Made by a program: the position numbers and the translations under genes. A DNA stretch of 64,000 bases from a virus. Position 1 is the stretch's first letter, and the number at the start of each line of letters is the position of its first letter. Under the pieces are notes generated by a model. The model searched no databases. It had not been told where the DNA came from and saw only the letters and a list, made by a program, of their open reading frames with translations. Positions 45,873 through 56,222 of this stretch are shown one piece after another. The DNA lies in the IMG/VR virus record IMGVR_UViG_3300009551_000003, positions 32,001-96,000 of that record; one strand, given 5' to 3'.

Positions 45873-47483
45873 ATGACCGCCTTTACGCGCAGAACGCATA
45901 TCGTCAGAGTGTCCTTGGATGCAACCCCACCGAAGCCCGGCGAGAAGCCGAGCGAGTACATGGACCTTGAAATTTTGGACGCTGTTGCATTTCGAATTGA
46001 GCGAAACAAGGAAGTCATCCTCGATATGGATCAGACTAAGGCAGTCCCGTTCATCGTCGATGAAACAGGAGGCGACCACTCAAAGGCTTTGAGAGATGCG
46101 ACTCAGCGCACGCACATGAAACGGATCGTCAATCCCGATGACAAAGGGCAGAAGCTCGACATTGAAGTGATGGATTGCGTCGCTTACCGGGATCAACGTG
46201 GCGAGGAGTGGATTCTCGACATGCAGCCCGGCTCTGACAAAGACGACGGCTACTTTAACATCAGCGATGGTACAGGCGATTCGACAGCAACCCGACGCGT
46301 CCACAGTGAAATCGTTTCTTCTCCGTTCGGGAAAGCGAAAAAGGATGCCGGCAAGGACTACGTCACTGTGGTTCGCAACGACAACATCGCGTTCCGCAAG
46401 CTCCGAGGTGAAGAGGTCATCATCAGCATTCCGTCTAGTGATGACCCCAATGCCGAGAATGTGGACTTCCCGCGAGCCCTGACGTTTGTGTCCTCACCGG
46501 ATGGATACGATCCTGCGGACGACAGCGCTAATGCGGTCGAGCCGCCGCTGCTTTCGACTACGGATGACCAGCACAACTATGTCAACCCCGTTGATGGGGC
46601 AGATGGATTCCTGACTGGAGATGCTAAAATCGCGATGGGGCCGTTTTGGTGGATCAGGAAGGTCCAGTCAGGCATCGCCTATGTTCTATTTCACTTGGTC
46701 TCTAAAGGCGCTCCTCCCGGGATCACTCTTCGCAAGGGGGAGACCACTATCACTCCTCTGTACGATCAATCAGCCAACACGGGGACGACCGACGTAACGT
46801 GGTATGTCTGGATGCCGGCGACGCCCAATGTCCAAGTCATCGATAGCGTGCACGGCGGTTTCATTTTTGTCACATACGGATCGCTGTCTCTTGAAGACTC
46901 ACTGGCCGGACGATCAGTGATGGGCTACGGAGATATTCACTACGGAAATGGGGCTGATGCTCCAACCTACAATCCGAGCAATCAATTTTATAGTGCATCT
47001 GGCGTTCCTCCATCTCAGCACTCTTTCAATCCGTTCTTTGATACAGAAGCTGACGCGCAGGCCTACGCTAATTTCTTGAACGCATGGACCGCGTTCGCGG
47101 GAACGACGCCGCAGTTTACAGTCGGGGCAGTGACGGATCAACACAACCGATTTACCCGGGACGTGATCATAAAAGTAAACGGTGTCCCTTCAAGTTTGTT
47201 CGCTGATGTCACGCTAGCTGCCGATCCTAATGACCCTACCAGCACAGGATCGATTCAGGCTCAAATCTATAGCACGGACAAGTCGGCGCCCGTGCCATCG
47301 GATATCACGCCGGCTACGATAAACGAGGCTCCCTTCGTGTTCAACAGTGAGGGAATTGGTAGCGGAGTGTCCACGACATATACGGTCAACGTCACACGAG
47401 ATACGGACACGACGGATACCGTCCCCCCGGCAAACACGGTGAGGCTCTTCATTGACGTGATACCCCCGCGACCGCCGGCCTAA
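45873..47483 (+). CDS. tail tip protein
   Basis: Three TRR.H/RTH repeats at N-terminus, variable C-terminus. Confidence 0.65.
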   Translation: MTAFTRRTHIVRVSLDATPPKPGEKPSEYMDLEILDAVAFRIERNKEVILDMDQTKAVPFIVDETGGDHSKALRDATQRTHMKRIVNPDDKGQKLDIEVMDCVAYRDQRGEEWILDMQPGSDKDDGYFNISDGTGDSTATRRVHSEIVSSPFGKAKKDAGKDYVTVVRNDNIAFRKLRGEEVIISIPSSDDPNAENVDFPRALTFVSSPDGYDPADDSANAVEPPLLSTTDDQHNYVNPVDGADGFLTGDAKIAMGPFWWIRKVQSGIAYVLFHLVSKGAPPGITLRKGETTITPLYDQSANTGTTDVTWYVWMPATPNVQVIDSVHGGFIFVTYGSLSLEDSLAGRSVMGYGDIHYGNGADAPTYNPSNQFYSASGVPPSQHSFNPFFDTEADAQAYANFLNAWTAFAGTTPQFTVGAVTDQHNRFTRDVIIKVNGVPSSLFADVTLAADPNDPTSTGSIQAQIYSTDKSAPVPSDITPATINEAPFVFNSEGIGSGVSTTYTVNVTRDTDTTDTVPPANTVRLFIDVIPPRPPA

Positions 47484-47541
47484 CTACCTTGACGGCGGCC
47501 CTAAACATGGTTAATGCAATCGATCCCGAAGGATTCCCAAC

Positions 47542-48393
47542 ATGGTTCATCCTCTAGTATATCGCACGGACGACGTTACGCGTTGGGGCCTCGGGCAGGG
47601 CTCGGACCTCGCGGCCGTCACGATCGATCTGGATTTTTGGTATCTGTTCTCCGCGCTCGATACGCTGGAGAGCACGGTCGCGGCGAACACGACTGTCAGT
47701 ATCGACTTCATCAGCACGGTAGGCAACAAGCTTTACGTCCACTTGACAAACCACGCTGTTGAGGGACCCTTCACGATTCCGGCTCTGTTCTGGGCACCGA
47801 AGGGAAACTGGGCACCGGCCACGATCTATAATCCGCTCGACGTTGTCAGCAATGATGGTGCGCTCTATATCGTCAACGTCACGCATACGAGCGCCGGCAC
47901 GTTCTCGGTTTTCGCGACGGACGGTCTCGGCCACGATCTCTATACGCTGTTGCTCGAACAGCCGATGAACGAACTGCCGCTCGGCGGCACTCCGGGCCAG
48001 CGTCTCGCCAAATCCACCAACTCACCGTATCAAACGGAATGGGTCACCGACTTCGTCAGGCTCGCGATCTTCGTCGAGGGCCAGCCTCTCCCCAACGAAG
48101 AGGTCGCGCAATACAACGTCGTCGATCATATGTTCTTTCCGGCCGGACTTGTCGGCTCGATCGCGTACTCCGGCAGTATCACTCATTCCGCTGTCTCGTG
48201 GACGATCAACAAGAATGGCGCTCCGATCGGCACCATAGATTTCAATGGCCCCTCGCCGGCAACTGTCAACGCGACGTTCTCGACACAAGTCACGCTCGTT
48301 CCCGGCGATATCATCACAGTCATCGCTCCTGCGATTCCGGACACCGTACAGGCGAACATCTCAATCACGCTCGTCGCGAGCCTGACGCTCTAA
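47542..48393 (+). CDS. tail fibre adaptor/structural protein
   Basis: W.P.T.Y...DVV carbohydrate-binding-like module. Confidence 0.65.
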   Translation: MVHPLVYRTDDVTRWGLGQGSDLAAVTIDLDFWYLFSALDTLESTVAANTTVSIDFISTVGNKLYVHLTNHAVEGPFTIPALFWAPKGNWAPATIYNPLDVVSNDGALYIVNVTHTSAGTFSVFATDGLGHDLYTLLLEQPMNELPLGGTPGQRLAKSTNSPYQTEWVTDFVRLAIFVEGQPLPNEEVAQYNVVDHMFFPAGLVGSIAYSGSITHSAVSWTINKNGAPIGTIDFNGPSPATVNATFSTQVTLVPGDIITVIAPAIPDTVQANISITLVASLTL

Positions 48394-48403
48394 AGGATAT
48401 CCC

Positions 48404-50353
48404 ATGGCGTACACCGGCCAAATCGTCAACTACACTTCGTCGGCCAAATACGCGGCCGTATCCGCATGGGGCACTGCGCAAACCGTGGCGGTCGGAGCAT
48501 TGCGCAAGCAGCTTACGACACCAGCTAACGGAAATGAGCGTGTGTTTGTTTGCATTGTCCCCGGCACGACGCACGCCACGACGGAGCCTGTTTGGACCTT
48601 AAATCGCGGCGACAAGCAGCCCTCCGACAACGGCGTGATCTGGCAGGAGTGCACGGGCGTCGCGGCGGTCAATGGGGACATCGCCAATACGCCGCCTTGG
48701 CTGACGGGCGCGAAGAACGTCAGCAACTCGCTGGGCCACATCATCAAGGACGCGGCCGGCACGCATCTGTTCATTGTCACCACTGCCGGCACGGGCGGCA
48801 ATGGCGCGGAGCCGACATGGAATACGGCGGCGCTCGGAAATACCACGACCGACAACACAACGACGTGGACCTACATCGGGACTTCGTTCGCCAATTGGGC
48901 TGCCCCTCATCATCATCTCAGGAACGCGCAGCAAACTAATTGGGGCGATCCTCCGATCGTGAAGTTTTTCGTCGGACATGATCATGCCTACCTATCTCCG
49001 ACTGGCGCGAGCACTTACTCATGGACAGGACGCGGAACGCTTGGTGCGCCCGTGGACTACATCTGTGTCAGCACGGCTGGCAGCGTACCGCCAGTCTCCG
49101 CCGACTTGGCTTTGACGGGCTCAGAGGGGTGCGCGTCAGGCGGCAATAACAACATGCAAATCAGCGGGGCTATCAGAATTTGCTATGGCCTCGTATTCAA
49201 TCCAGACCGCGCTATCGTCATCAATGCGGACAATCTCGACAAGAACTTCGAAAGCTGCCAGTTCCGGCCCGGCGGCAGTTCAAATCCTATGTTCAACTTC
49301 ACTGGCAATAGCAGCTTCATCACGCTGCTGAATTGCAAACTGAAATTCGCTGCCACGAACTCGTCTATTAGTCTGGGCGGCTACATGGAGATGATCGGAG
49401 GTAGTGTCGATAGCGCTGGCTCAGTTCCCGGGACTCTCGTCACGGGCGGTAGCGGAAATACAATTTTCACTTTCCGCGATGTCGATCTTAGTTTCTTGTC
49501 CAGTTCAACCCTTTATGACAACGGCGGCCAATCGCCTCAACATCTTCTACAATTCATCGATTGCAAGATGCCAGCGACCTATACACCGGCCGCCGGTACT
49601 GGGAGCAATTCGAAAGCCGATTTTCAGGTATATATTTCACGATGCGACAACAGCGCTACCAATTATAAATTCACGTACTCTGACCCTACCGGCCGAATCG
49701 ATGCTGACTCTACCGCTGTCAGGACAGGTGGGGCAGTGGACGGAGCGCAAGCCTTTTCATGGAAGTTCGTGACTACGATCAATGCCAATGCGGGTAATAG
49801 TCCACTCCAAGCTCCCAAGATAGGTATCTGGAACCCCATTGTAGCTGGTAACGTAACTGTCACGTTGCGCGGCATCGTCAACGCGGCTGCGGTCCCGAGT
49901 GACCACGATATGTGGATGGAAGTGGACTATCACGGCTCCAGCGGTAATCCGCAGGGCACGCGCGCCAGCACGCGATTCGCTGACTACCTCGCGGCCCCGT
50001 CGAATCTTACGGCAGACAGCACGTCCACATGGGACAGCAACGCGACGGCCCGCGCTAATGGCCACGTGTACGCGGCGGGCGACATCATCAAACTCGCCAG
50101 CAACCCGGGACGAATCTTCTTTTGCACCGCTCCCGGTACGTCGGCGGGCAGCGAACCCGGCGGCTATGCGAGTGCCGTGGACGGCGGGAGCGTAACTGAT
50201 AACACTGCGACGTTCCGCGCCGGTTGCCGCTTCAGTATGGCTGTCACACTCTCCAGCCCCCAGCCGCAGATCGCCGGCAACCTGTACGTCACGCTGAAAG
50301 CTACGAAGCCGTCCACTACGACCTACGTTGATCCACAAATCATTCTGACCTGA
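48404..50353 (+). CDS. tail fibre / receptor-binding protein
   Basis: Three GT...EP.W...DN...W-type modules and a beta-rich core. Confidence 0.75.
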   Translation: MAYTGQIVNYTSSAKYAAVSAWGTAQTVAVGALRKQLTTPANGNERVFVCIVPGTTHATTEPVWTLNRGDKQPSDNGVIWQECTGVAAVNGDIANTPPWLTGAKNVSNSLGHIIKDAAGTHLFIVTTAGTGGNGAEPTWNTAALGNTTTDNTTTWTYIGTSFANWAAPHHHLRNAQQTNWGDPPIVKFFVGHDHAYLSPTGASTYSWTGRGTLGAPVDYICVSTAGSVPPVSADLALTGSEGCASGGNNNMQISGAIRICYGLVFNPDRAIVINADNLDKNFESCQFRPGGSSNPMFNFTGNSSFITLLNCKLKFAATNSSISLGGYMEMIGGSVDSAGSVPGTLVTGGSGNTIFTFRDVDLSFLSSSTLYDNGGQSPQHLLQFIDCKMPATYTPAAGTGSNSKADFQVYISRCDNSATNYKFTYSDPTGRIDADSTAVRTGGAVDGAQAFSWKFVTTINANAGNSPLQAPKIGIWNPIVAGNVTVTLRGIVNAAAVPSDHDMWMEVDYHGSSGNPQGTRASTRFADYLAAPSNLTADSTSTWDSNATARANGHVYAAGDIIKLASNPGRIFFCTAPGTSAGSEPGGYASAVDGGSVTDNTATFRAGCRFSMAVTLSSPQPQIAGNLYVTLKATKPSTTTYVDPQIILT

Positions 50354-50904
50354 TGACCAACATCACAACCATCGTCATTGGCGGCGCTACAGAGCCAATC
50401 CTTATAAATGAGGACGGCAATAAACGTGCAACGGCAGCCGGCCCGGGCGCACTGCTTGACACCGTCGATTCATTTCCGTCCGGCACATGGGTTTCGACGG
50501 AAGCGGCCGATGGATTCAGCGGCGTTGGCTTCCCCGGCTTCCCGTGGCCACGCGGCGATTGGCTCTCGACTGAAGCGCCTGACACTTTCTTCGCTAACGG
50601 CTTCGAGCGCGACAGCGGTGTGCTGTTCGCTTCGGAAACGGCCGACACTTTCTCGGCGTTCGGCCGCCAGCCGCTAGCTGGCACGTGGGTCTCGACTGAA
50701 GCAAGAGATATCCTCCACGCTGCCGGTCTCGGCCGGGGCGAGGATGGGACACTAATTTCAACGGAATCGGTTGACATTTTCGCCGCGATAGGGCATACCC
50801 CTATCTCCGGCACCTTCGTCACAACTGACGCCGCTGATCGCTTCCTCGCAATTGGAGCGGGCGTCACTCGGGTTCGCCGACGCCGCACTCTGTTCGTATC
50901 ATGA
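50353..50904 (+). CDS. repeat-containing tail fibre component
   Basis: About six G.(W/L/F).(S/T)TE..D.F repeats. Confidence 0.65.
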   Translation: MTNITTIVIGGATEPILINEDGNKRATAAGPGALLDTVDSFPSGTWVSTEAADGFSGVGFPGFPWPRGDWLSTEAPDTFFANGFERDSGVLFASETADTFSAFGRQPLAGTWVSTEARDILHAAGLGRGEDGTLISTESVDIFAAIGHTPISGTFVTTDAADRFLAIGAGVTRVRRRRTLFVS

Positions 50905-50926
50905 ACCCGATCTAGGAGAGATCACC

Positions 50927-51304
50927 ATGTCGGTTGTCTACAATACCACGCTCAAAAATACGCGCATGACGGATGTCGTCACCGCGATCGGTGCCACCGG
51001 CTTTCTCAACATCTATACCGCCGGACTCGCGCTGTTGCTCGCTACGATCCCGCTTGCGAATCCGGCTGGCACCGTTTCGGCCGGCGTGCTGACTTTCAGC
51101 GGCACTCCGTTGACGGAAGCGAGTGCGAACAACTCAGGCACGGCGGCAGCGGCTACCGTCTCGACCGCCTCAGCGGGCGGCGGGACCGTCGTGATCAGCG
51201 GCTTGACAGTGTCTTCGACCTCGGGCGATATCGTGCTGTCCTCGACGAATATCGTCGCCGGCCAGCCCATCACGGTCACCTCTGCCTCCATCACGCACGG
51301 CTGA
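50927..51304 (+). CDS. small structural protein (fibre subunit-like)
   Basis: Thr/Ala/Gly-rich beta protein, AGGAG RBS. Confidence 0.7.
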   Translation: MSVVYNTTLKNTRMTDVVTAIGATGFLNIYTAGLALLLATIPLANPAGTVSAGVLTFSGTPLTEASANNSGTAAAATVSTASAGGGTVVISGLTVSSTSGDIVLSSTNIVAGQPITVTSASITHG

Positions 51305-51311
51305 TTCGAAA

Positions 51312-52418
51312 ATGAAGTCCCCCCTCCTGATCGAGGGCATGCGTGGGATGGGTGACAGCATCCACCAACGCGGCCCTCTCCGCCAGATCATGCAAACACG
51401 CGAAGTCTATCTTGAGACCTCGTGGCCCTCGGCCTATCACGATCTCGTCGGCCCTGATCTGCATCTGATCCACAAGCCGGTAGCGTTGCGGACTCAGACC
51501 AAGAATGCAGCGCGCGAGCGCATGAAGTTCTGGGCTGGCCCGGTCCCGCGCGGAATGGAGCGCATGCGCGTCGGATACAACGGCCCACAAGTGATGCACT
51601 GCCCGAGCAAGACAGTTCTGGAGGGGATGTGCCGCGTGACCGGCACTGACTACGCCACGGCGGACTATCGTCTCCCGGTGCCATCTGAGTGGGGCAAGAG
51701 CCTTGACGAAAAGATCGGTCCGCAACCACTCGATAAGCCATGGCTTGTTTATCGGCCCCTGTGCGATAGGACTGAATATCGCGGCGCCGGCATCCGCAAT
51801 GCTAACGCTCAATGCTATACCCATCTGTTCGCCTTCCTTCGCGAGCACTTCCATGTCTTCTCCGTTGCCGATCTGCATCCGGGTAAAGAGGATTTGGTCG
51901 GTCCGGTCCTGAAAGCGGACGTGACGTTCCATAATGGCGAGTTGACCTTCGAGGAGTTGGCCGCGCTTTTCAAAGCGACTGATCTCGTCTTCACGTCTTC
52001 CGGATATCCAGCGATCTTGGCGCCGGCAGTCGAGACGCCTTGCATCAATATCGTCGGCGGCTACGAGGAGCCTTCCACGCACGATTCCGGCGCCCGATTT
52101 GCGCCATTTCTGTCAATCGGCCCGCGCGATCCCTGCCGCTGTTGGACCTCGGGTTGCATGCAGCGATGTCTCAAGGATATCGATATGGTGCCGGCGATCG
52201 ATAAGATCGCAGCATTCATGCAGGAACACTTCGCCATCAATATCCTTCCGAGGCGCGGCGAGGTCTCTGATATGTTCGAGACCGAGTCAGCGTCAAGCGG
52301 TCCGGCTCCGCTGGCCGCGCCGTTCGGCGCTCCTGCGCGCAATACGCCGGCCTTTTATGCTGCGCTCCAGAACTCTCGGCTCCGCGCGATGAATCCCGGA
52401 CAGGGGCAGAAGGCATGA
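51312..52418 (+). CDS. glycosyltransferase (GT9-like)
   Basis: GMGDSI, N...Y, L..LF...DLV....G....LA.AV.TP. Confidence 0.7.
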   Translation: MKSPLLIEGMRGMGDSIHQRGPLRQIMQTREVYLETSWPSAYHDLVGPDLHLIHKPVALRTQTKNAARERMKFWAGPVPRGMERMRVGYNGPQVMHCPSKTVLEGMCRVTGTDYATADYRLPVPSEWGKSLDEKIGPQPLDKPWLVYRPLCDRTEYRGAGIRNANAQCYTHLFAFLREHFHVFSVADLHPGKEDLVGPVLKADVTFHNGELTFEELAALFKATDLVFTSSGYPAILAPAVETPCINIVGGYEEPSTHDSGARFAPFLSIGPRDPCRCWTSGCMQRCLKDIDMVPAIDKIAAFMQEHFAINILPRRGEVSDMFETESASSGPAPLAAPFGAPARNTPAFYAALQNSRLRAMNPGQGQKA

Positions 52419-52582
52419 GGGCTCTCTTGATCGCGATCGTGCTCGTCAGCTTGTCGGCTTCGAATGTTGGTAGCTCGGTATTTGAGTGGGCATGCTGGCA
52501 CAACCGTTACGAGGCGGCGGAGCCCGGCGCCATGTGCACTCAGTATCAGGTCAACCGCGAAACAAAAGGCGACCGGCAATGA
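52415..52582 (+). CDS. 55-aa putative exported peptide (not in ORF track)
   Basis: Signal-peptide-like N-terminus, ATGA coupling on both sides. Confidence 0.5.
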   Translation: MRALLIAIVLVSLSASNVGSSVFEWACWHNRYEAAEPGAMCTQYQVNRETKGDRQ

Positions 52583-53595
52583 AAAAGCGAGCACTGATCA
52601 CCGGGGTCACCGGACAGGACGGTTCGTACCTTGCCGAGTTGCTGCTCGCGAAGGACTACGAGGTGCACGGCATCAAGCGGCGTTCTTCGTCGTTCAATAC
52701 GCCTCGCGTCGATCATCTCCTCCCCAATCCGGATTTCAGTCTGCACTTCGGCGACGTGACCGATTCGACGAACCTGAGCCGTCTCCTAAATGAAGTGCAG
52801 CCCGACGAAGTCTACAATCTTGCCGCGCAGAGCCACGTTCACGTGTCATTCGAGACGCCAGAATACACGGCCAATGCGGACGGGCTCGGCACGCTGCGCT
52901 TGCTGGAGGGCATCCGCAGTATCCGGAAAGATCATCTCGTCAAATTCTATCAGGCCTCCACCTCCGAGCTTTATGGTAACACCCCGGGGTTCTTGCGCAA
53001 CGAGAAGACGCCGTTCGCGCCGCGCAGTCCGTATGCCGCCGCGAAGCTCTATGCCTACTGGATCACGGTCAACTATCGCGAAGCCTACGGCCTGCACGCC
53101 TCGAATGGTATCCTGTTCAATCACGAGAGCCCGCGACGCGGCGAGACGTTCGTCACGCGCAAGATCACCAAGGCGGTCGCCGCGATTCATCACGGCAAGC
53201 AGGAGCATATGTTCCTCGGCAATCTCGACGCGCTCCGCGACTGGGGCCACGCTCGGGACTATGTCGAGGGCATGTGGCTGGCTCTGCAACAGCCCGAACC
53301 TGACGACTACGTTCTCGCGACGGGAGACGCTTATTCGGTGCGCGACTTCGTCGAGGAGGCCTTCGCGTGCGTTGACATCTTCCTCGACTGGCGCGGCGAA
53401 GGCGTCGAGGAACGCGGCGTCTGCCGACAGACCGGCCGCACTCTCGTCTATGTCAGTCCGAAATATTTTCGCCCAACGGAGGTTGACGTTTTGCGCGGAG
53501 ATGCTAGTAAGGCGCGGCACGTGCTCGGCTGGGCTCCGAAGACGGAGTTCCGTGATCTCGTGCGAGAAATGGTTGTATCAGACTTGAAAGATTGA
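52579..53595 (+). CDS. gmd: GDP-mannose 4,6-dehydratase
   Basis: [47 protein letters not shown]. Confidence 0.97.
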   Translation: MKKRALITGVTGQDGSYLAELLLAKDYEVHGIKRRSSSFNTPRVDHLLPNPDFSLHFGDVTDSTNLSRLLNEVQPDEVYNLAAQSHVHVSFETPEYTANADGLGTLRLLEGIRSIRKDHLVKFYQASTSELYGNTPGFLRNEKTPFAPRSPYAAAKLYAYWITVNYREAYGLHASNGILFNHESPRRGETFVTRKITKAVAAIHHGKQEHMFLGNLDALRDWGHARDYVEGMWLALQQPEPDDYVLATGDAYSVRDFVEEAFACVDIFLDWRGEGVEERGVCRQTGRTLVYVSPKYFRPTEVDVLRGDASKARHVLGWAPKTEFRDLVREMVVSDLKD

Positions 53596-53597
53596 TC

Positions 53598-54398
53598 ATG
53601 AACGAAGACACACGAGTAGCTGTTTGCTGTTACGCCGGAGATCAACATCAAGTCATTGGAGCGCTCGAATTTTATCTTCATCATGGCTGCCCGCTCGTCA
53701 TATTATCACCGGAAGATTCAAAAGCAGAGATCACATACCCCGGCGTCGAGAACCGCTTTGCCGGCAAGCGCGCTTATATCGGACAGGATAGTCTTGATCG
53801 TCAGCGAGAACATCTGAAGCTGTTGTTGACGTTCTCTGAAAATCATTTTTTGATCCATGACAGCGACAGCGTCAATCTCGACGCGAAAATTCCGGACTAC
53901 CTTTATGAGGACCCGGATGTCGTATGGTCAAACCAAGTCAACGACGATATCCCAGAACACCAAGAGACACTGAATCGTTACGGCTGGGCGCGAGTGGCCT
54001 TTCAGCCGCCATACTTCCTGAGCCGGAAAACGATCGAAGCCATGCTTGCCGTTGCGGACGACCCGCGATGCAAAGCAACGGACATGATGCCCTTCATTGA
54101 CTATTACATGGTACAGTTGACAATGTGCGCCGGCTTGCGCTGGGCTCGTTTCAAGGACAGCATCAGTTGTCCGATCGCGATCGACCTCCAGAAGATCAAT
54201 CCACCGGCTGCCGATCTCGTGACCTACAGCCAAGGGTTCAAAATCGCAATGGGCGCCGTTCGCAATGGAGGAGCGAACATTCTTCATTCGATCAAGAATC
54301 CTCACGCAATCCGAGAACTCGCCGAAGCCCATAAGCTTTGGCTGGCAGAAAACCCCGACAAGACCCCGACGCCGACACGAGCCCCGAGAGTACGTTGA
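53598..54398 (+). CDS. putative glycosyltransferase (GT-A-like)
   Basis: FLIHDSD DxD motif; cluster context. Confidence 0.5.
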   Translation: MNEDTRVAVCCYAGDQHQVIGALEFYLHHGCPLVILSPEDSKAEITYPGVENRFAGKRAYIGQDSLDRQREHLKLLLTFSENHFLIHDSDSVNLDAKIPDYLYEDPDVVWSNQVNDDIPEHQETLNRYGWARVAFQPPYFLSRKTIEAMLAVADDPRCKATDMMPFIDYYMVQLTMCAGLRWARFKDSISCPIAIDLQKINPPAADLVTYSQGFKIAMGAVRNGGANILHSIKNPHAIRELAEAHKLWLAENPDKTPTPTRAPRVR

Positions 54399-54399
54399 C

Positions 54400-55260
54400 A
54401 TGATCGACCTCCATCAGATCACACTTGTCATGGTCGCCACACGCGCTCACGATCTCAGCAAGATCGCTATTAACGATTGCCTTCGTCAAGCTGCCTTTGG
54501 CGACGTGCTGATCTATACCAACGATCAGGCTAGGGTTCAAATTCCCGGAGCGCGATATTTCAGCGTCACGGACTGGGATAACAAAAAAGACGCTGGCCGC
54601 TTCTACTATTCGGCGGCGGCGGCGAATGTAGAGACGCCCTTCGGCCTCTTCATTGAGTGGGACGCCGGAATCTTCAACCCGGGCAAGTGGCGTGACGACT
54701 TCCTCGCCTATGATTACGTCGGCGCTCCATGGAATACAGGCGATGATCTGAAGGTTGGAAATGGTGGCTTCACGTTGATGTCGAAACGATTCGGAGATTT
54801 TCTCTGCAAGGAAACATTGCGATTCCCAGTCACAACTGATTGGGATATTTGCCGCACTCATAGGCGCGGCATTGAAGCGGCGGGAGGTTTTAAGTGGGCA
54901 CCCTATGAAGTTGCGCAGGACTTCGCGTGGGAGCTTGCTCCGCGCTCGCCTAACACATTTGGCTACCACGGTATCTTTAACTGGCCAGATATGATCGGGC
55001 ATCCAGAGACTATCCAGCGCGTGAAGCTGATGGTCGACGACACATACCTTTGCACCAAGCTGGCCCCGTTGTTCAAATCCGCCCCGTGGCTTGTCGAGGC
55101 GATCGGCACGGCGGCCTTCGAGAAGTATCTCAGTGCAATCCCGAACAATGTCAGACCAGCCCGTCCGTTCGGCGCTATCCAACAGCCGAATCGGGGAATG
55201 TCGCTCTCGCATCGGCGAGCACTGCTCGCTTCAATGGTGCGGCCCGGATTGAAAGCCTAG
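54400..55260 (+). CDS. putative glycosyltransferase (DUF5672-like)
   Basis: W...FL.YDYVGAPW..VGNGGF.L.S..FGYHG. Confidence 0.8.
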   Translation: MIDLHQITLVMVATRAHDLSKIAINDCLRQAAFGDVLIYTNDQARVQIPGARYFSVTDWDNKKDAGRFYYSAAAANVETPFGLFIEWDAGIFNPGKWRDDFLAYDYVGAPWNTGDDLKVGNGGFTLMSKRFGDFLCKETLRFPVTTDWDICRTHRRGIEAAGGFKWAPYEVAQDFAWELAPRSPNTFGYHGIFNWPDMIGHPETIQRVKLMVDDTYLCTKLAPLFKSAPWLVEAIGTAAFEKYLSAIPNNVRPARPFGAIQQPNRGMSLSHRRALLASMVRPGLKA

Positions 55261-55262
55261 TC

Positions 55263-56222
55263 ATGAAAAAGAACTCCTGTATTGTCGTCACCGGAGCAAA
55301 CGGTCTCGCCGGCTCAGCCGTAGTCGATCACCTTCGCTCTCAACTCTATACGTGCGTTGTCGGATTGGGTCGTGAGGATTGCGATCTGATGGATATCAAA
55401 GCCACTCGCGAGGCCTTCGAGCGGATCAGGCCGCAATACGTCTTCCACGCCGCTGCATGTGTCTATGGCATTGGTGGTAACATGAAGAACCAAGGCAAGT
55501 CGTTCCTCGAAAACACGTTGATCAATACCAGCGTGATCGATGCGAGTTCTCTAGTCGGCGTCGATCGTATCGTTGTCATGGGGACCAACGCGATCTATCC
55601 GAGGGATGCGGCCCTCCCCTATCACGAGAGCAGCATCTTCGATGGTCGCCCGCATCCGTCCGAGAGCGCATACGGCCACGCCAAGCGCGGCATGCTCGCG
55701 ATGCTGGAGGCTTACAACGAGAGCTACGGCATGAACTACTGCTACATCGTTTCTGGCAACCTCTATGGCCCGCGTGACAAGTTCGATCCAATCAACGGTC
55801 ACGTCCTGCCGTCCATGATCGCGAAGTTCTACGAGGCGTCCCTTGATGATCAGAAAATAGTGGCGCTCTGGGGCAACGGTGAGCCAAAGCGGGACTTCCT
55901 CTTCTCGAAGGACCTTGCCCGAATCGCTGAGATGCTTCTTGGCTATAGCGCGCGGGGCACGATCAACATTGGCAGCGGCCACACCTATGCTATCAAGGAT
56001 GTTGCCAAGAAACTCTGCGATATCACGGGCGTCCCGATCGACCGGGTATGGTTCGATCGCGACAAGCCAAACGGCCGCATGTGCTGCACGTCTGACCTGA
56101 CGCGGCTCAGTGTGACGGGATTCCAACCGGAGTTCTCGCTCGATCGAGGCCTCAAAGAGACGTGGGATTGGTATTGTGGACATCAACAGCGTTCCGCTGG
56201 GGCATCCGTTCCGGCTCATTGA
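55263..56222 (+). CDS. fcl: GDP-L-fucose synthase-like epimerase/reductase
   Basis: VTGANGLAGS, HAAA.V.GI, YGHAK, NLYGP.D.F, WG.G.P.RDF. Confidence 0.85.
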   Translation: MKKNSCIVVTGANGLAGSAVVDHLRSQLYTCVVGLGREDCDLMDIKATREAFERIRPQYVFHAAACVYGIGGNMKNQGKSFLENTLINTSVIDASSLVGVDRIVVMGTNAIYPRDAALPYHESSIFDGRPHPSESAYGHAKRGMLAMLEAYNESYGMNYCYIVSGNLYGPRDKFDPINGHVLPSMIAKFYEASLDDQKIVALWGNGEPKRDFLFSKDLARIAEMLLGYSARGTINIGSGHTYAIKDVAKKLCDITGVPIDRVWFDRDKPNGRMCCTSDLTRLSVTGFQPEFSLDRGLKETWDWYCGHQQRSAGASVPAH

